In this document: in pieces, positions 30,069 through 44,200 of the stretch
Layout: each line of letters opens with the position of its first letter
Position numbering within the stretch: the first letter of the stretch is position 1
The notes under the pieces: model-generated
What the model saw: only the letters and a program-made list of their open reading frames with translations
Told to the model about the DNA's origin: nothing
Databases searched by the model: none
Assembly: GCA_013265495.1 (NCBI GenBank)
Contig: MU058289.1
Coordinates: 310,001 to 374,000, forward strand
Length of the DNA: 64,000 bases
Source of the DNA: Vicugna vicugna
Lineage: Eukaryota
Reading direction: 5' to 3'
Translations under genes and position numbers: made by a program

Positions 30069-32459
30069 GAAGTGAGTCTTATCCAGCACCTAATTGTTCC
30101 AAGTCCCTTGTCCAGCAAATGCCAAAAGAAATCACTAAATCATTCATTCCTTCAACAAAAATGAAGTCCTACGCTAAGCGGGGATATATTAAGGGTGAAA
30201 ACAAATGTGGCCCCCACCCTCCTGATGCTCACAGTCTAGTGCCCTGGGAGAGATGAACTAAGTATTCACTGGAAGGTGACAGAAACTACAAGGCTGGTAT
30301 CAGAGTATGAAATGGTTAAATCTCCCCTCAAAGGAGGGACAGGGCAGGCTTCATGGGGTGGGGGGGTGTCTTAATTCCTGAGACCTGAGGACATGTGGGA
30401 GTTAATTAGGCAAATAAGGAAGGAAGGAAGGAAGGGAAGAATTTTAAGGGAAAAGAAACAGTAAGTGGAAAAGCCCTGAAACAGGAGGAAGTTGGTGTGC
30501 CTGAGGGGCAGCTAGGAGTAAAAGAGGATGCAGGCCGGAGGCAATGTGGGAGCAAGTCAGAGAAGTGAGGGGCCAGGTTGTGGGGGCCACACTTCTTAGC
30601 TGGAGAGAACATTTTAATCACCAGGGGAGCTGGTGACACACCCAATGCCCGTGACCAGTTATATCAGACTCTCTGGGGTGGGCCCAAACATCAGAATTTT
30701 AAAGAACCCACGGAGTGCTGGAAACAATGCAAATCTCCTTCAGCAAATGGATGGATGGCCATACTGGGATACATCCACACAGTGGGAAACCACACAGCAT
30801 TTAAAGGGAGCAAACTCTTGATACATGCAACAACTGAGATGAGTCTCAAAGGCATGTGCTGAGTGAAAGAATCCAGTCTAAAAATTACATACTGTATGAT
30901 TTCATATATTTGACATCCTCAAAAAGACAAAACTACAGTGATGGAAAAGAGATGAGTGGTCATCAGGGCTTATGAATGGGGAGAGGGTGTGACTATAAAA
31001 GGAGTTTTGGAGTGATGATGAGACAATTCCTATCTTGATTGAAATGCGGGGGTTAAATGGAACTTTACATATGTCAAAACTCATTGAACTGTACACCAAA
31101 GGAAAAAAGTTGTTTTTAGCATATGATAATTTAAAACATAAATTGTAAAAAATATCTTGCCAAGTGATCTCAATGTCGAGACAATGGTGACAGGTCCTGG
31201 AGACCATTTGGAGGTTTTCCTTTATCCTCAGAGCAATGGGGAGCAAGAGTAGGGCATCCCTGAGATGGGAGCCCTGCAGGAGGAGTCCCATGCTGAGCCT
31301 GATCCAGGGAGTGGGACATTCATTATTCTAAAGGTCAGAGGAGTGAGACACATTCTTAGTTCATTTCATCCATTCATTCAATAAAGAGTTATTCTGCAAC
31401 TAATATGTGCAACTTGTACATGGGGACTGCAGCTTAAGAAACAAAACAAAACAAAGCCTTTAGGGAAGGGGAAGGAGTAGTTTAGAGACTGCAAGGGGAA
31501 ATTTGGGAAGGGGGTCAGATGAAGCCAGGTGTCTCTGATCCCTACATTTGGCTGGAGTCTCTATTCATTCCTGAAAGCTGGAGTTCCCATAGGAAAGTTT
31601 TGGGGGATCAGAGTAAGAGGACAGTATCCCTCATGTCACCTGATCAAAGTCTCTGTGCCTGTAACCTTTGGGACTTAGGGTTCCCATGAAGGATTTGGGG
31701 GGATCTCCCCATCCACACAGCCCCCTGTGAATCCCCTCCTCCAGCCCCACTCCAATCCAGCCTTATCCTTGTGCCCCAGTCTTGCTCCTCCCCTGGCTTC
31801 TTGCCTCAGTCTCTCTCTCTGACCTACTTTCTTCTTGGCAGCCAGGGGGAAATCTTCCTAACGTCTAAATCTGAGAGTCTGTCTTCCCTACCTAGCATCT
31901 TCCATGGCTCCCTACTGCCCTCAAAGTAAAATCAGCCATTCATAATGAATATTTAAAGTCCCTCATAATATCACCTCAAAAGATTATTTTGTTTCTGGCT
32001 TCTCTTCTCTCCCTACATTTTCCTAAACTCTTGTCCTCCTTGTCCCCCAGTGAAACATGTGAAGACATTGAACTTAACCCCTCATTCTGCCTCCTATGCT
32101 CCTGTCGGAGATGGTCAGGCAGAGCTGTTGAGGATTTAGGAAGGTAATCACACGATAGTTAAGAAGCTGGGCTTGGGGACTCTGGAGACAACTTAAATGG
32201 TTACCAGAAGGAGACTGGCCAAACAAATTATGGCTTTAGATCCAAACTGTGGTTTACAGGGAATATAGAAGATAAAGGAACACATTACATGACATTACAA
32301 GGAAATAATCAGACAAATACAATCTGGAGGACATTCTACAAGACAACTTTAAACTTTGTTTGCAGATTTTCATGGTAAATATCAGGGAAAGTGGAGAAAT
32401 GATCAATAACAGGAGTCCATACAACTGAACAATCTGCAAATGTGAAAAATAGGGCAGAT

Positions 32460-33070
32460 CAGCAAACTATAGAGGAAATGAGCAAAACCAAAGTTTGAAA
32501 AAATCAACAAGATTGATAAAAATCCTGTTAGACTGATCCAAAAAAAAAAAAAAAGAGAGAGAGAGAGAGAAAGAGAGAGAACAGGAATTACCAACACCAA
32601 AAATGAAAGAGAGGTTGTCAAGCCAAGTTTTATCATCATTAAAAGTATTTAAAGGGAGGGGGAGGATATAGCTCAAGTGGTAGAGCACATGCCTAGCATG
32701 CATGAGGTCGTGGGTTCAATCCCCAGTCCCTCCTCTAAAAGTAAGCAAATCTAGTTACCTCCCCACCAAAATTAGAAAATTAAATAATACAGTAATAAAT
32801 GACTAAAATATAAAAAGAGGATGTAAAGGGAATATTATGAATGACTTTGTACCGATAGCTTTGACAATTTAGATGAAATGGCAACTCCTTGAAAATCACA
32901 ACATATAATAGCTAACCCAAGATGCAATAGAAAATATGAAGAGCCTTGTATTTAATAAAGAAATTGAACTCATTATTAAAATTCTTCCCACAAAGAAAAC
33001 TCCAGACCCAAATGGCTTCACTGGTGAATTCTATCAAAGATTAAAGGAAGAAATAACATAAAATCTTTCC
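32460..33070 (+). mobile_element. L1 ORF2 fragment interrupted by a Vic-1-like SINE (about 32654-32815)
   Basis: L1 ORF2-like aaaatcaacaagattgataaa...cttcccacaaagaaaactccagacccaaatggcttcactggtgaattcta; SINE head ggaggatatagctcaagtggtagagcacatgcctagcatgcatgaggtcgtgggttcaatcccc. Confidence 0.8.
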
Positions 33071-33559
33071 AATCTGAGACACAGTTATATGTGCTGAGAT
33101 GGGAATGATCCTTCAAAATGTGTTAAGTGAAAAAAACATGCAAAGGGACAAGTAATATTTTCTCATTTATGTAATAAAAAGGAGATACGTAGGTGTGTTT
33201 CTACTTACAAACTATCCTCTGCAAGGATATCCCATTGCCTTAGAGGTGGGAAATTGAGGGAATGAAATTCAGGAGTGAGAGAAAGACTGTTTCACTCCAT
33301 TCCCTTTTGTTATTATTTTAGTTCTTTAATGTGAACTGTGCATGTAATAAAATAAGTTTAAAGACTTTTTTTTTGCTCAGGATTTGCTGGATTTATAGTC
33401 TGACTCTTGTCACTTGGTTCTGCGAATTGGGTACTGAAGAAAAGACTGTAGAAAGGGGTGGTTAAAATCTTAACCAACTGGCTGTGTGACTTCAGATAGG
33501 TATCTCGACCTCTCTGAGCCTCCACTTTTACCATCTGTGAATTGGAGGTTGTGCAATAA

Positions 33560-34040
33560 AGCATTAGTTTTGTCCAGTTCCTGGGAGTTTAGCCCTTGGA
33601 ATATTCTGCTTGGTGAGAGTGTCTTTTTAAACCTAGGGTCCTTGGGTCATGCAGTCTAAGCTTGACCCTTGGGATGGGGTTAGAGACTAAGGTCAATCAT
33701 GTGGGAGGTCAGCCATGCCCATGTGATTGACCCCCAATAAAAAACCTGGATGCCACTGCTCATGGGAGTGTCCCTGGCTGTGGTGCTCCATGTGTGTTGT
33801 CACATGTTGTTCCTGAGAGAATTGAGCACCATTTGCTTGGCTCCACACGGAGAGGACAACGAGAAGTTTCAGCCTGATGTCTGCAGGACCCTCTGGGCCT
33901 CTTCCCTTTGCTATGTTTAATCTGTATCCTTTTACTGTAATAGATCATAACCGTGAGTAAAATGAGTTTTCTGAGTTCTGTGGGTCCTTTTGGTGAATCA
34001 GTGAACTTGAGGTCATTTGGGGGATCCCTAGGCATGAGGG
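33560..34040 (+). mobile_element. ERVL-type LTR (MER21/MER77-like)
   Basis: gacccccaataaaaaacctgga...tgtgtgttgtcacat...aatctgtatcctttt.ctgtaata...ttctgagttctgtg...gaacttgaggtc..tgggggatccc, typical of the MER21 group. Confidence 0.6.
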
Positions 34041-35022
34041 TGATTAATGGCATATATCTCAGCAGGGGCACGGGGAGCAATGAGGTTGTACATACACAGA
34101 ACTTAATAATCACAGTCAGTACTTACTGAGCACATACTGTGTCCTGGGCTGTGTGTATCCATGAGCTCCCTGGATCTTCAAAACAACTCCGTGAGACTCA
34201 TATCATGATTAATTTCTTTTATTTTATTGTGAAATGTACATTTTGGAGTATAAAATATAGGTGTATGGCTTTAAAAAATATTTATAATGTGAATAACTGT
34301 GAACCATCATCAGGTTAAGAAAAAAGGACTAGAAGTTCCCATGAGCCCCTACCCAGTTAAAAATCCTCTAATTCCTTGAGGTAACCACCTCTCTGCCTTT
34401 TGTGATAATAGTTTCTTTACAGTGTGACTACTTATGTATGTATCCCCCACACTATTGTCATTTCATTTTCCTTGCTTTCAAGTTTATTGAATAAAGTAAT
34501 ATAGCATGTTGGTGTCTAGTTTCTTTCCCGCAACGTGTGTGTGAGATTTATCCATGTGGTTGTATGTATCAGTAGTTTATTCTTTTTCGTTGTTGTATAG
34601 TATTCTGCTGTGTGAACATACCACAATGTATTTATCCATTCTCCAGTTGATGGAAATTTGGGTAGTTCCCACTTGGGGCTATTGCAGACAGGGTTGCTAT
34701 GAGCATTCCTTCCTGTATGTTTCCTGATGTTCAAGTTCTCTAGCGTATGTACTTAATATTGAGCAGGTGGGTTAAAGGTTATGTACATTTTCAAATTTCT
34801 TCAATAGCACTACACTCTTTCCCATTTTAAGATGAAGCGATTGCAACAAGAGAGGTTAATAACTTTCCCAAGAGCACAAAGCCACACTGCCTTCCTCCCA
34901 GGGCCCACACTCTCTCTCACTTAACACCCATTGGCATATGATGGGCACCAAATAATTATGAGCTGTTATGCTGAGGGTCTTTGGGGGCTGGTATTGGGGG
35001 TTCATTCCTGTTGCCATTATTC

Positions 35023-35121
35023 TGAACTATGTCCCCATAAGTTAATAATTAACTGCCCCCCAAAGAGCCTGTGATCTTAAAGATTTGCCTTTCCCTGGCC
35101 ACTGCCTGGTTAATCAGTCAC
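35023..35121 (+). promoter_or_regulatory. PRODH2 proximal promoter with HNF1 and HNF4-like sites
   Basis: Perfect HNF1 palindrome GTTAATAATTAAC at 35041-35053, second site GTTAATCAGTCAC 35109-35121, DR1-like TGAACTATGTCC at about 35023-35034; 90-180 bp upstream of the ATG. Confidence 0.7.
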
Positions 35122-35206
35122 TGTCCCTGGCCGGGCAAGGGGCACTTGGTAGACCTACTGCCTTCAAAGCCCCTTTACCTGGTGCAGAAGTGGCAAAGGA
35201 TTCCTG

Positions 35207-38200
35207 ATGCTCCGGACCTGTCGTGTTCTCTACTCCCAAGCTGGCCCCTCTGCTGGGGGCTGGCAGCCCCTGAGCTTTGATGGTGGGGCCTTCCACCTCA
35301 AGGGCACGGGAGAACTGACCCGGGCTTTGCTGGTGCTACGGCTGTGTGCCTGGCCCCCTCTGGTCACCCACGGCCTGGCGGTGAGCACTGACCCCAGGGA
35401 CTGGCCTTGGTGATTCCCAGGGCCAGCCTCTAAGCCCTCGCTCCCTGTCACTCCAGCTCCAAGCCTGGTCTCAGCGACTCCTGGGCTCCCGGCTGTCGGG
35501 TGCGCTTCTCCGAGCATCCATCTACGGGCAGTTTGTGGCCGGTGAGACCACAGAGGAGGTGAAGGGCTGTGTCCAACAGCTCCAGACCCTGGGCCTCCGG
35601 CCCCTGCTGGCAGTGCCCACTGAGGAGGAGCCAGACTCAGCTGTTAAGACTGGGTGAGTAGGGGCCCAGGGCGCAGGGAGGCCGGGAGGATGGCAGGGCG
35701 GGGGTTAGTGGGTTTCAGGCCCTGACGGCTGCTGGCTGGGCAGTGAGGCCTGGTATGAGGGGAACCTCAGTGCTATGCTGCGATGTGTGGACCTGTCACG
35801 AGGCCTCCTGGAGACCCCTGGCCCAACCGGAAACATCCTCATGCAGCTGAAGATTACGGCGCTGACCAGCACTCGGCTCTGTGTAAGGGACTGGCAGGGT
35901 GGGAGGGGAGGGTGTGGCAACCCACCAGGTCCCCTCACCATCCCACCACCACCCTTTCCAGAAGGAGCTAACCTCATGGCTCAGAAGGCCGTGGGATTCC
36001 TTGGAGCTGAGCCCTGAGAGACTGGCAGAATCCATGGACTCGGGGCGGGTAAGGACCACAGGCTGGGGGAGATCGAATGGTAGGTGGGGGAAATTGGGGG
36101 AGAGGAGTCCCCTGAACTTGGAGGCAGCAGGCATTTGCAAGCAAGATGTTCAAAATATTTAACTACCTCTGCTTCTCAGGCTTAGAATGAGCAGAATAAA
36201 TGTGGCTATAGCCCTGAGGCATGGCTGGAATAAAGGGAATATGGGCCACCTGGGGACTTTAGAGGAGGCGCCTGGGGGCTGGGAGCTCTCAGAGGAGTGA
36301 TTGAGACACCAGTTCTTCACCAACTGGAAGGAAATAATCTATATTTTATCAATCAACTCAGCTGCGCTAGTTGGGGGTTATGATTAGACCAATGGGGTCT
36401 GGGTTCATTCATTCATTCTTTCATTTCTTCTTCTTTATTTCCCTGTCTTATTTCTACCCTTCCTGCCATTGGCAACCACTCCATCCTACATAACATGTAT
36501 CTCCCTGTTACCATGATTTTGTTTTGCCAAGTATATGCTGTTTGGGGGCATATTTTCCCAACATTTTATTATGAAAATTGTCAAACATACAGAAAGGTTG
36601 GAAGAATTTTACAGTGAACACATGTATCTGCCACCATTAACATACTTTATTTTTGTAAAATTTTATTTATTTATTTTTTGGGGGGAGGGTAATTAGATTC
36701 ATTTTTTCATTTTTTAATGGAGGTGCTGGGGACTGAATCCAGTACCTCATGCATGATAAGCACACACTCTACCACTGAGCTCCACCCCCCTTAACTATAC
36801 CTGCTTTAAATCACATCTCTCCCTCTATCCATTCCTCTACCCACCCATCAACCCATCTTATTATTTGATGCATTTCAAAGTAAGTTGCAGACATCAGCAC
36901 ATTTCTTCCCCAAAGGCTTCAGAATGCACATCTCTAATTAGAGCTCAGTAATTACTTCTCTTCAGGTAAAATTTACATACAATGAAACGCACAAATTGTA
37001 AATGTACCCTTTGATGAGCTTTGACAAATACACACCTGAGCAATTCAAATCCCTATCAAGGTACAGAACATTTCCATCACTGCATAAAGGCCACCTTGTG
37101 CCCTTCTCCATCAAGCTGAGGGGTAGAGTTTTATTTATTTCTTTATTTTTAAAAATTGAAGTATAGTTGATTTACAGTTGTGTTAGTTTCTGGTGTACAG
37201 CAAAGTGATTTGGTTACACACATATATATTCTTTTTCATATTCTTTTCCATTATGATTTATTATAAGATATTGAATATAGTCCCCTGTGTTATACAGTAG
37301 GAACTTGTTTTATATATAATAGGTTTGTATCTACTAATCCTAGACTCCTAACTTATCCCTCCCCTACCCCCTTTCCACTCTGGTAACCATAAGTTAGTTT
37401 TCTATGTAAGTTTATTTCTGTTTTGTAAATAAGTTCTTTTGTATAATTTTTTTAGTTTACACATTTAAGTGATGTCATATAGTATTTGTCTTTCTCTGTC
37501 TGACTTACTTCACTTGGTATGGTAATCTCTAGGTCCATCCATGTTGCTGCAAATGGCATTATTTTATTCTTTTTATGGCTCAGTAGTATTCCATTGTATG
37601 CATATACCACATCTTCTTTATCCAATCATCTGTCGATGGACATTTAGGTGGCTTCCATGTCTTGGCTGTTGTAAATAGCGCTGCTATGAACACTGGGGTG
37701 CATGTATCTTTTCGAATTATAGTTTCCTCAGGATATATGCCCAGGAGTAGGGTTGCTGGATCATATGGCAACTCTATTTTTAGTTTTTTAAGGGATCTCC
37801 ATACTGTTTTCCATAGCGGCTGCACCAATTTGCACTCTGAGGCTTATAGTTTTAAATGCACACAAGTGGAATTATGTTGTCTATCTTATTCTATTTCTTA
37901 CTTTTCCCACTGAGCACTCCAATTTTAAGATCCACCCAAATGTCTCTGTGTACATAGAACCCATTGTTTCTAATTGCTGCTTCTGGCCGCTAGGTTTACC
38001 TCTCCTGAGATGGACACCTGGGTGGCCTCTGAGTCTCCACCTCCCAAAACAGTGCTGCCCAGGACCTGCTGATGTGTCCTTTTTTAATCTGTGAATTTTA
38101 ATTGTGTCACAGAATGCATAGAAGCAGGATTTAATGCTTCAAAGGATCCGCTCTGAAGTGTAACGAGTTTCACCTCTTCATGTGAGGACAGTGATAGTAA

Positions 38201-41200
38201 CTTCTTCCCAGGGTGCTTTTAAGGACTAAAGCCCCTGCCAGGCTGGCATTTGCATGAGGAACAGAGGGGCCCTCCTCCTTCTGCGTCCTTTGCTTTCCGT
38301 GGCTGTCCCAAGACCATCACACCTGCTTTCCCTTTTCCATCTCCACCAGCTCATTCTCAATCTTTGTTAGGTTTTACTCCACCTGACTCTTAAATCTGGA
38401 GGTTCCCCAGGGCTAGGTCTCGGCTCATTCCCCTCTCACTCCTTGCTCCTCTCGAAGGGGCCTTCTCACTCTCAGCCTCAGTTTCTCCATTCTGCACTCA
38501 CAATGCCCTCATTTCTGTCTCCAGCCCCAGCCTTTCCCCTGAGCCCCCTGGACACCTCCCACTGGATGTCCTCCAGACCCCTCACACCCACTGGGTCCCA
38601 AGCTGGCTCAGTGTCTCCCAACTTGCCCCTTCTTCCCATCCCCATCTCAGCCCAACCACCACCATCCCAGATCCGAGCCCCCACCCATCCTCGGTCTTCG
38701 CATCCACTGGTTCCACAGCACAATTCATGACTGTTCCCTTTCACTGCCATATCCCCCACCCCCGGGCACCTAGATAAGATATGACAAACAAATGTTAAAT
38801 ATATGAATAAATGCACAAAGCAAGTGAGTTTGAACCCACAAATTAATGGTAGAAAAACTTCTGATCACTCACAACGTGCCACGCACTGTCCTAAGTGATT
38901 TCTATATGTTTAGGGGAAACATTTACTCTCTGCCTATGAGCAGGTGTATAGGGTGATGGTTAGGAGGTCAGGCTCCGGAGAAGCTGAGGTTTAAATCCCA
39001 GGTCAAGCTGTGTGACTTTAGACAAGTGTCTTTGCCTCTCTGTGCGTCAGATTCTCCCTCTGTAAAACAGGGATAATAATAGCCCCCACCTCAGAGGGTG
39101 ATGAAGGGTAAATGAGTACCTGAAATAGGTACTTATCTGGCACTGAGTAAGCCCTCTGTGAGGGTGGCAGCTTCACCAGCTGTTTGTACCTAGCACCCCC
39201 CGACCCCTGGGGTGATAACTTAAGCCAGAGGGAGACAATTCTGATTAGGGAGAACTGGGCAGGTGTCTCTAGCTCTTCCCTCCTTCTGGAGAGAGTTTTC
39301 TCCCCCAAGATGGGGTCCCTATTGATCCTGTTGGCTATAACAGAGCACTAAATTCCACCTGCTTCTCTGTCTTTAACTTTCCAATTTCTTTGACCCCAGC
39401 TGGACTCCCTGAGTCAGCAGCAGCTCACAATCACCCTTGAATCCCCATAGGACTGTGAGTTAGGGGCAGTAATTATTTCCACGTTACAAATGTATTCATT
39501 TCCTAAATGTTTACTGAACATCGACTATGTCCCAGGTGCTATGCTGGGGGTGGAGCTGATGGCCAAGACAAGCAAAATCTCTGCCCCTGAGGCACTTGAT
39601 GGCCAGTCAGTAAGGACCAGAGACGATCAGTCATTAAAGCCAAAGCTGATATGTAACAAGTTAGGTATAAAAAAGCATTGAACAGTAAAATAAGGCTGAG
39701 GAAGCAGAAAGGAAAGCCCCAGGTAGGGAGTTGCACATTTAAACCAGGGAAAACCTTGTGGAGAAGATGACATTGGAACAAAGACCTAGCGGAGAGGTAG
39801 GCGGACATCTGAGGGGAGGTGTTCCCAGCAGAAGGAATAGCTGGAGCAAAGCCCTCTGAGGTGAGAAGGTACTTGGCATAGTTGAAGACTAGCAGGGAGG
39901 CCAGGGAGGCTGGAGGTGGGTGAGTGAGGTGGAGGGTGGGAGGAGGTGAGAGCTCGGGGCCGGACAGGGGAGCCTTGTGTGTTACAATGATGCCTTTGGC
40001 GTTTCATGAGGAAACTGAAGTCCCAAGAGACTAATATGAGGTAACACTTGTGGCTCTGATTATGAGCTAGCTACTGTTCTAAGCACTTTCTTTTCTTTCT
40101 TTTTTTTTTTTTTAAATTGAAGTATAGTCAGTTTACCATGTTGCATCATTTTCTGGCATACAGCATAATGTTTCAGTCATACATTTACATATATATATTT
40201 CTTTTCTTATTCTTTTCCATTATAGGTTACTATAAGATATTGAATACAGTTTCCTGTGCTATACAGTAGAAACTTATTGTTCATCTATTTTATATATAGT
40301 AGTTAATATTCTAAGCACTTTCTACATGTTATTTCATTCCATGTCATTTCACTTCTCTCAGCTTCGGTCTCACTGGAAAAGGGAGCTTGGAATAACACCG
40401 GCTCACTATGATCATTGTAAATCAATATGACAGTGTATGAAGTCACCTATTACTGTAACAATAAGAACATGTACTGAGTGCTTATCATATGTGGCCACCG
40501 TCCTGTCCTGGCACGTCTCACATATGAACCCATTTTTATCCACACAGCAACTACATAAGATTGATGCTATTAGCATCTCCATTTTACAGAGGAGAAAATG
40601 GAAGCACAGAGTGGTTATCTGACTTGCTTGAGGCCACACAGTGTAAGTGGTGGAGCCAGGAGTCACACTCAGATTCTGGGCTCTTAACCGCTGTATTACA
40701 CGTCAACAAACAGTATCTATGTGACATAGCTACTTTTCAGATTTCTAACAATTTCTAAACTTTTTTTCCCCCTTCTTGGTGGTGGGGAGAGGAGACTTAG
40801 GACCCAGAAGTGCCCAGTAGCCCTAGCTGCTTTCATTTCCCCGCTGCCCTTCCAGGACCTCCAGATCTCCTGCCTCAGTGCTGAGCAAAACCGGCATCTC
40901 CAGGCATCTCTGAGCCGCTTGCACCGGGTGGTACAGGTAACACCTCTGCTGGGATTTGGCTCTGCTGCACCTGTTGCTCACCTAGGGGCCCAACCACAGA
41001 CTCTCCCACCCTCAGCGTGCCCGGGCCCAGCACGTGAGACTCCTGGTGGATGCCGAGTACACCTCGCTGAATCCTGCCCTCTCTCTGCTGGTGGCTGCCC
41101 TGGCCGTGCGCTGGAACAGCCCCAGGGAAGGCGGGCCCTGGGTGTGGAACACTTACCAGGCCTATCTGAAGGTGTGTGGTGCACTCGGGGTTGGGTAGGA

Positions 41201-44200
41201 GGACCGCAGGCCGGGGTTCCAGCACCCTGACCCTAAGCTGCGCCACCAGGACACCTACGAGCGGCTGAGGCAGGATGCTGAGGCTGCAGACCGGGCTGGC
41301 CTGGCCTTTGGAGTGAAGTTGGTGCGAGGGGCGTATCTGGACAAGGAGAGAGAGGTGGCCCGGCTCCAGGGGACTGAAGATCCCACTCAGCCTGACTACG
41401 AGGCGACCAATCAGAGGTGGGACTGGGCTAGACTGGCCTCTGAGATGAATAGTGCTAATCTCTAACCTCTCATTAGAGCTCACTGCCTGTGGTGCTACGT
41501 GTCCCATGTGTGTCCTGCCTGTGTCTACAGACCAGTCCTGCTCCCTGGCCCAGGACACCGCCACTTCCCACCTGAACAGCAGCCTCCTCCATCCCTGCTC
41601 CCTAATCTGTTCTCTTGTGCAGCCAGAGGGATCCTGTTAACACCTGAGTCAAATCTTGTCCCTCCTGAGTTCAAACTCCTCCCGTGGATCCCTGTTCACC
41701 CTCCATAAGCCCCAGATCCCCTCGCTCACTTGACTCCAGCCACAGTGGTCCCCTTGATGATCCACCCCAGGGCCTTTGCACTTCCTGTTCCCACTGCCCA
41801 GAATGGTCTCCCTCCAGACAGCTGCTTGGCTCAATCCCTCACCTCCTTAGATCTTGTTGGTACCTTCTCAGGTGACCTTCCTGCCCTCCCTATCTAAAAA
41901 CTCCCTACACCCACTCTCCCTGGATTTATTTTTCTCCGGGATTTATCTGCAGCTGAGATTCTATCCAGTTTCACATTCAGCTGTTCCTTGTCTGTCTCCC
42001 TGACTAGAGTGTGGGCCCAGGAGGGCAGGGCTTTCTGATTTGTTTTTTCACTGCTGAACCCCTAGTGCTTAAAATCATGCCTGCTGCATGGTAGGTGCTG
42101 GGTACAGACCTGTTGAGTGAATAAATGAATAATCCCAAGTAGTAGATACTATTATTATCATCCCCACTTTACAGACGATGAAAACGAGGCCCGGAGAGGT
42201 GGGATCACTTACTCCGAGTCATAGAGTTAGCAAGTGACAGCTCCAAGAGTTGAGCCTAGGCAGACTGGGTCTAGAACCTGCGTTCTGACCCACCCCAAAT
42301 CACCCCTTGCTGGGGGTGAGATGTGGGTGAGTGCCTTAGACCGCCATCCTATGGCCCGCAAGGAAGGAATGTATTCTTTCAACACATCACAATAAGCCTA
42401 GTTTTCATTTGTCACCATACAATGACATCATATTGATATGGACTATATTGACCTGTGTTGGACCCTGATCACAGCAGCCACCACAGTGGCCTCCAGGCCC
42501 TGTCCTCATGGAGCTGTCAAAACCCGACTCCATTCACAGCGGGTCAAGGCGGGGTCTGCAGAGCCGCAGGGACGTACCCAGCTTCCAGGGCAAGCGGCCA
42601 AGCAGTGGTTGGAACCTAGGCTCGCATCCAAGACCCATGGAGGCTACTAGGCATGTTTGTGTCCCATAGGCTTAACCACTGGCACCATTATTTCTTTGTA
42701 ATGAGATATAACTCACATACCATAAAATTTGCTCTTTTAAAGCATACAATTCAGTGGCTTTCGTAGTCTATGTGTAAGATTGTGCAGCCATCACCACTAT
42801 TGAATTCCAGACCATTTCATCACCTCAGAAAGAAACCCCATATCCATTAGCAGTCACTTTCCATTCGCCCCCTCCCCTCAGCCGCTGGCAACCACTAATC
42901 TCCCTGTCTCTAGGGATTTGTGTATTCTGGACATTTCACGTTAATGGAATCATATAATATATGTGCTTTCATACGTGGCTTCTTTCATTCAGCATAGTTT
43001 TCAAGGTTGAACCATGTTGTAGCGTGTGTCAGTGCTTCATTCCTTGTTATGGTTAAATAATAGTCCCTTGTGTGGATAGATTACATTTTATTTATCCATT
43101 CATCAGTTGATGGACATTTGGATTGTTTCCACTTTTGTCAACTATGAACATTTGCCCACACATTTTTGTGTAGACATACATTTTCAATTCCCTTAAAAGT
43201 TCAGTTCTCTAAGAGTGGACTCATTGGGTCATACGGTAACTCCATGTTTAACTCTTTGAGGAACTGCCGGGTAGTTTTCCAAGATGGCTGGTACATTTTA
43301 GATTCACATCAGCAAAGTGTGAGGGTTCCTATTTCTCCACACCCTCTCCAGTAATGTTTTAATATAGATTTTGAATAGATAATACATTCACATGATTCAA
43401 AAATTTAAATGATATGAAAATGAACACACTGACACATCTCACTTCTACCTGTACCCCCATCTAACCATGGAGTCTTCCCGCCCTACAGGGAACCACTTTT
43501 GTTAGTTTCCTTCATGTGTTTCCTGAGATCCTTCATGCATCTACAGGCAAACACCACAATTTTTGAGAATATATATGTAAAAGGCATCATGTCTACACAC
43601 AGCTCCTTGCTTTTCTTCTCAACTGCGTATTTTAGAGGCAGAATAGTCTAATGTTAATGAGCCCTGGCCCTGGAGCATGAGACAGCCTAGGTTCCAATCC
43701 CAGCTCAGCCACTTCTAGCTGTGTGGTGACAAGAGACGTAACCTCTCTCAGCTGTGTCTTGCCCTCTGTAAGATGGCGGTAACTGGAACAGCTACCTCGC
43801 AGAATTGATTTGAGAGTTAGATGAGTGAATGTATGCATGTCAGGCCGGGTCCCAGAGGAAACAGAATTCCAAGCAAAGGGGTTTAGCTAAAGAAAATTTA
43901 GTGAAGGGTCTATTTAAGGGGACTGGGCAAGGTTAGGGGAACCCACAAGGAATGCTGAGGCGCCCAGGACCTCACAAGAGCAGGAAGCTGTTATGACCCC
44001 TGTGCTACAGCTGAAGAGGAGGGGCCACCCCAGGGGTGGTGTGGCCACACGGAGAACAGTGAGGGTGGGCCAGGGAGGGGACTTAGGGGTGAAATACTCG
44101 AGTTCTCTCGCCTCCCACCTCCTGATCTCCTGCCATGACTCCATGGGTGATGCGGTGATGCAGGACATAAAAGCCAGCTTCCTCAGGGGCAGAGACAGGC

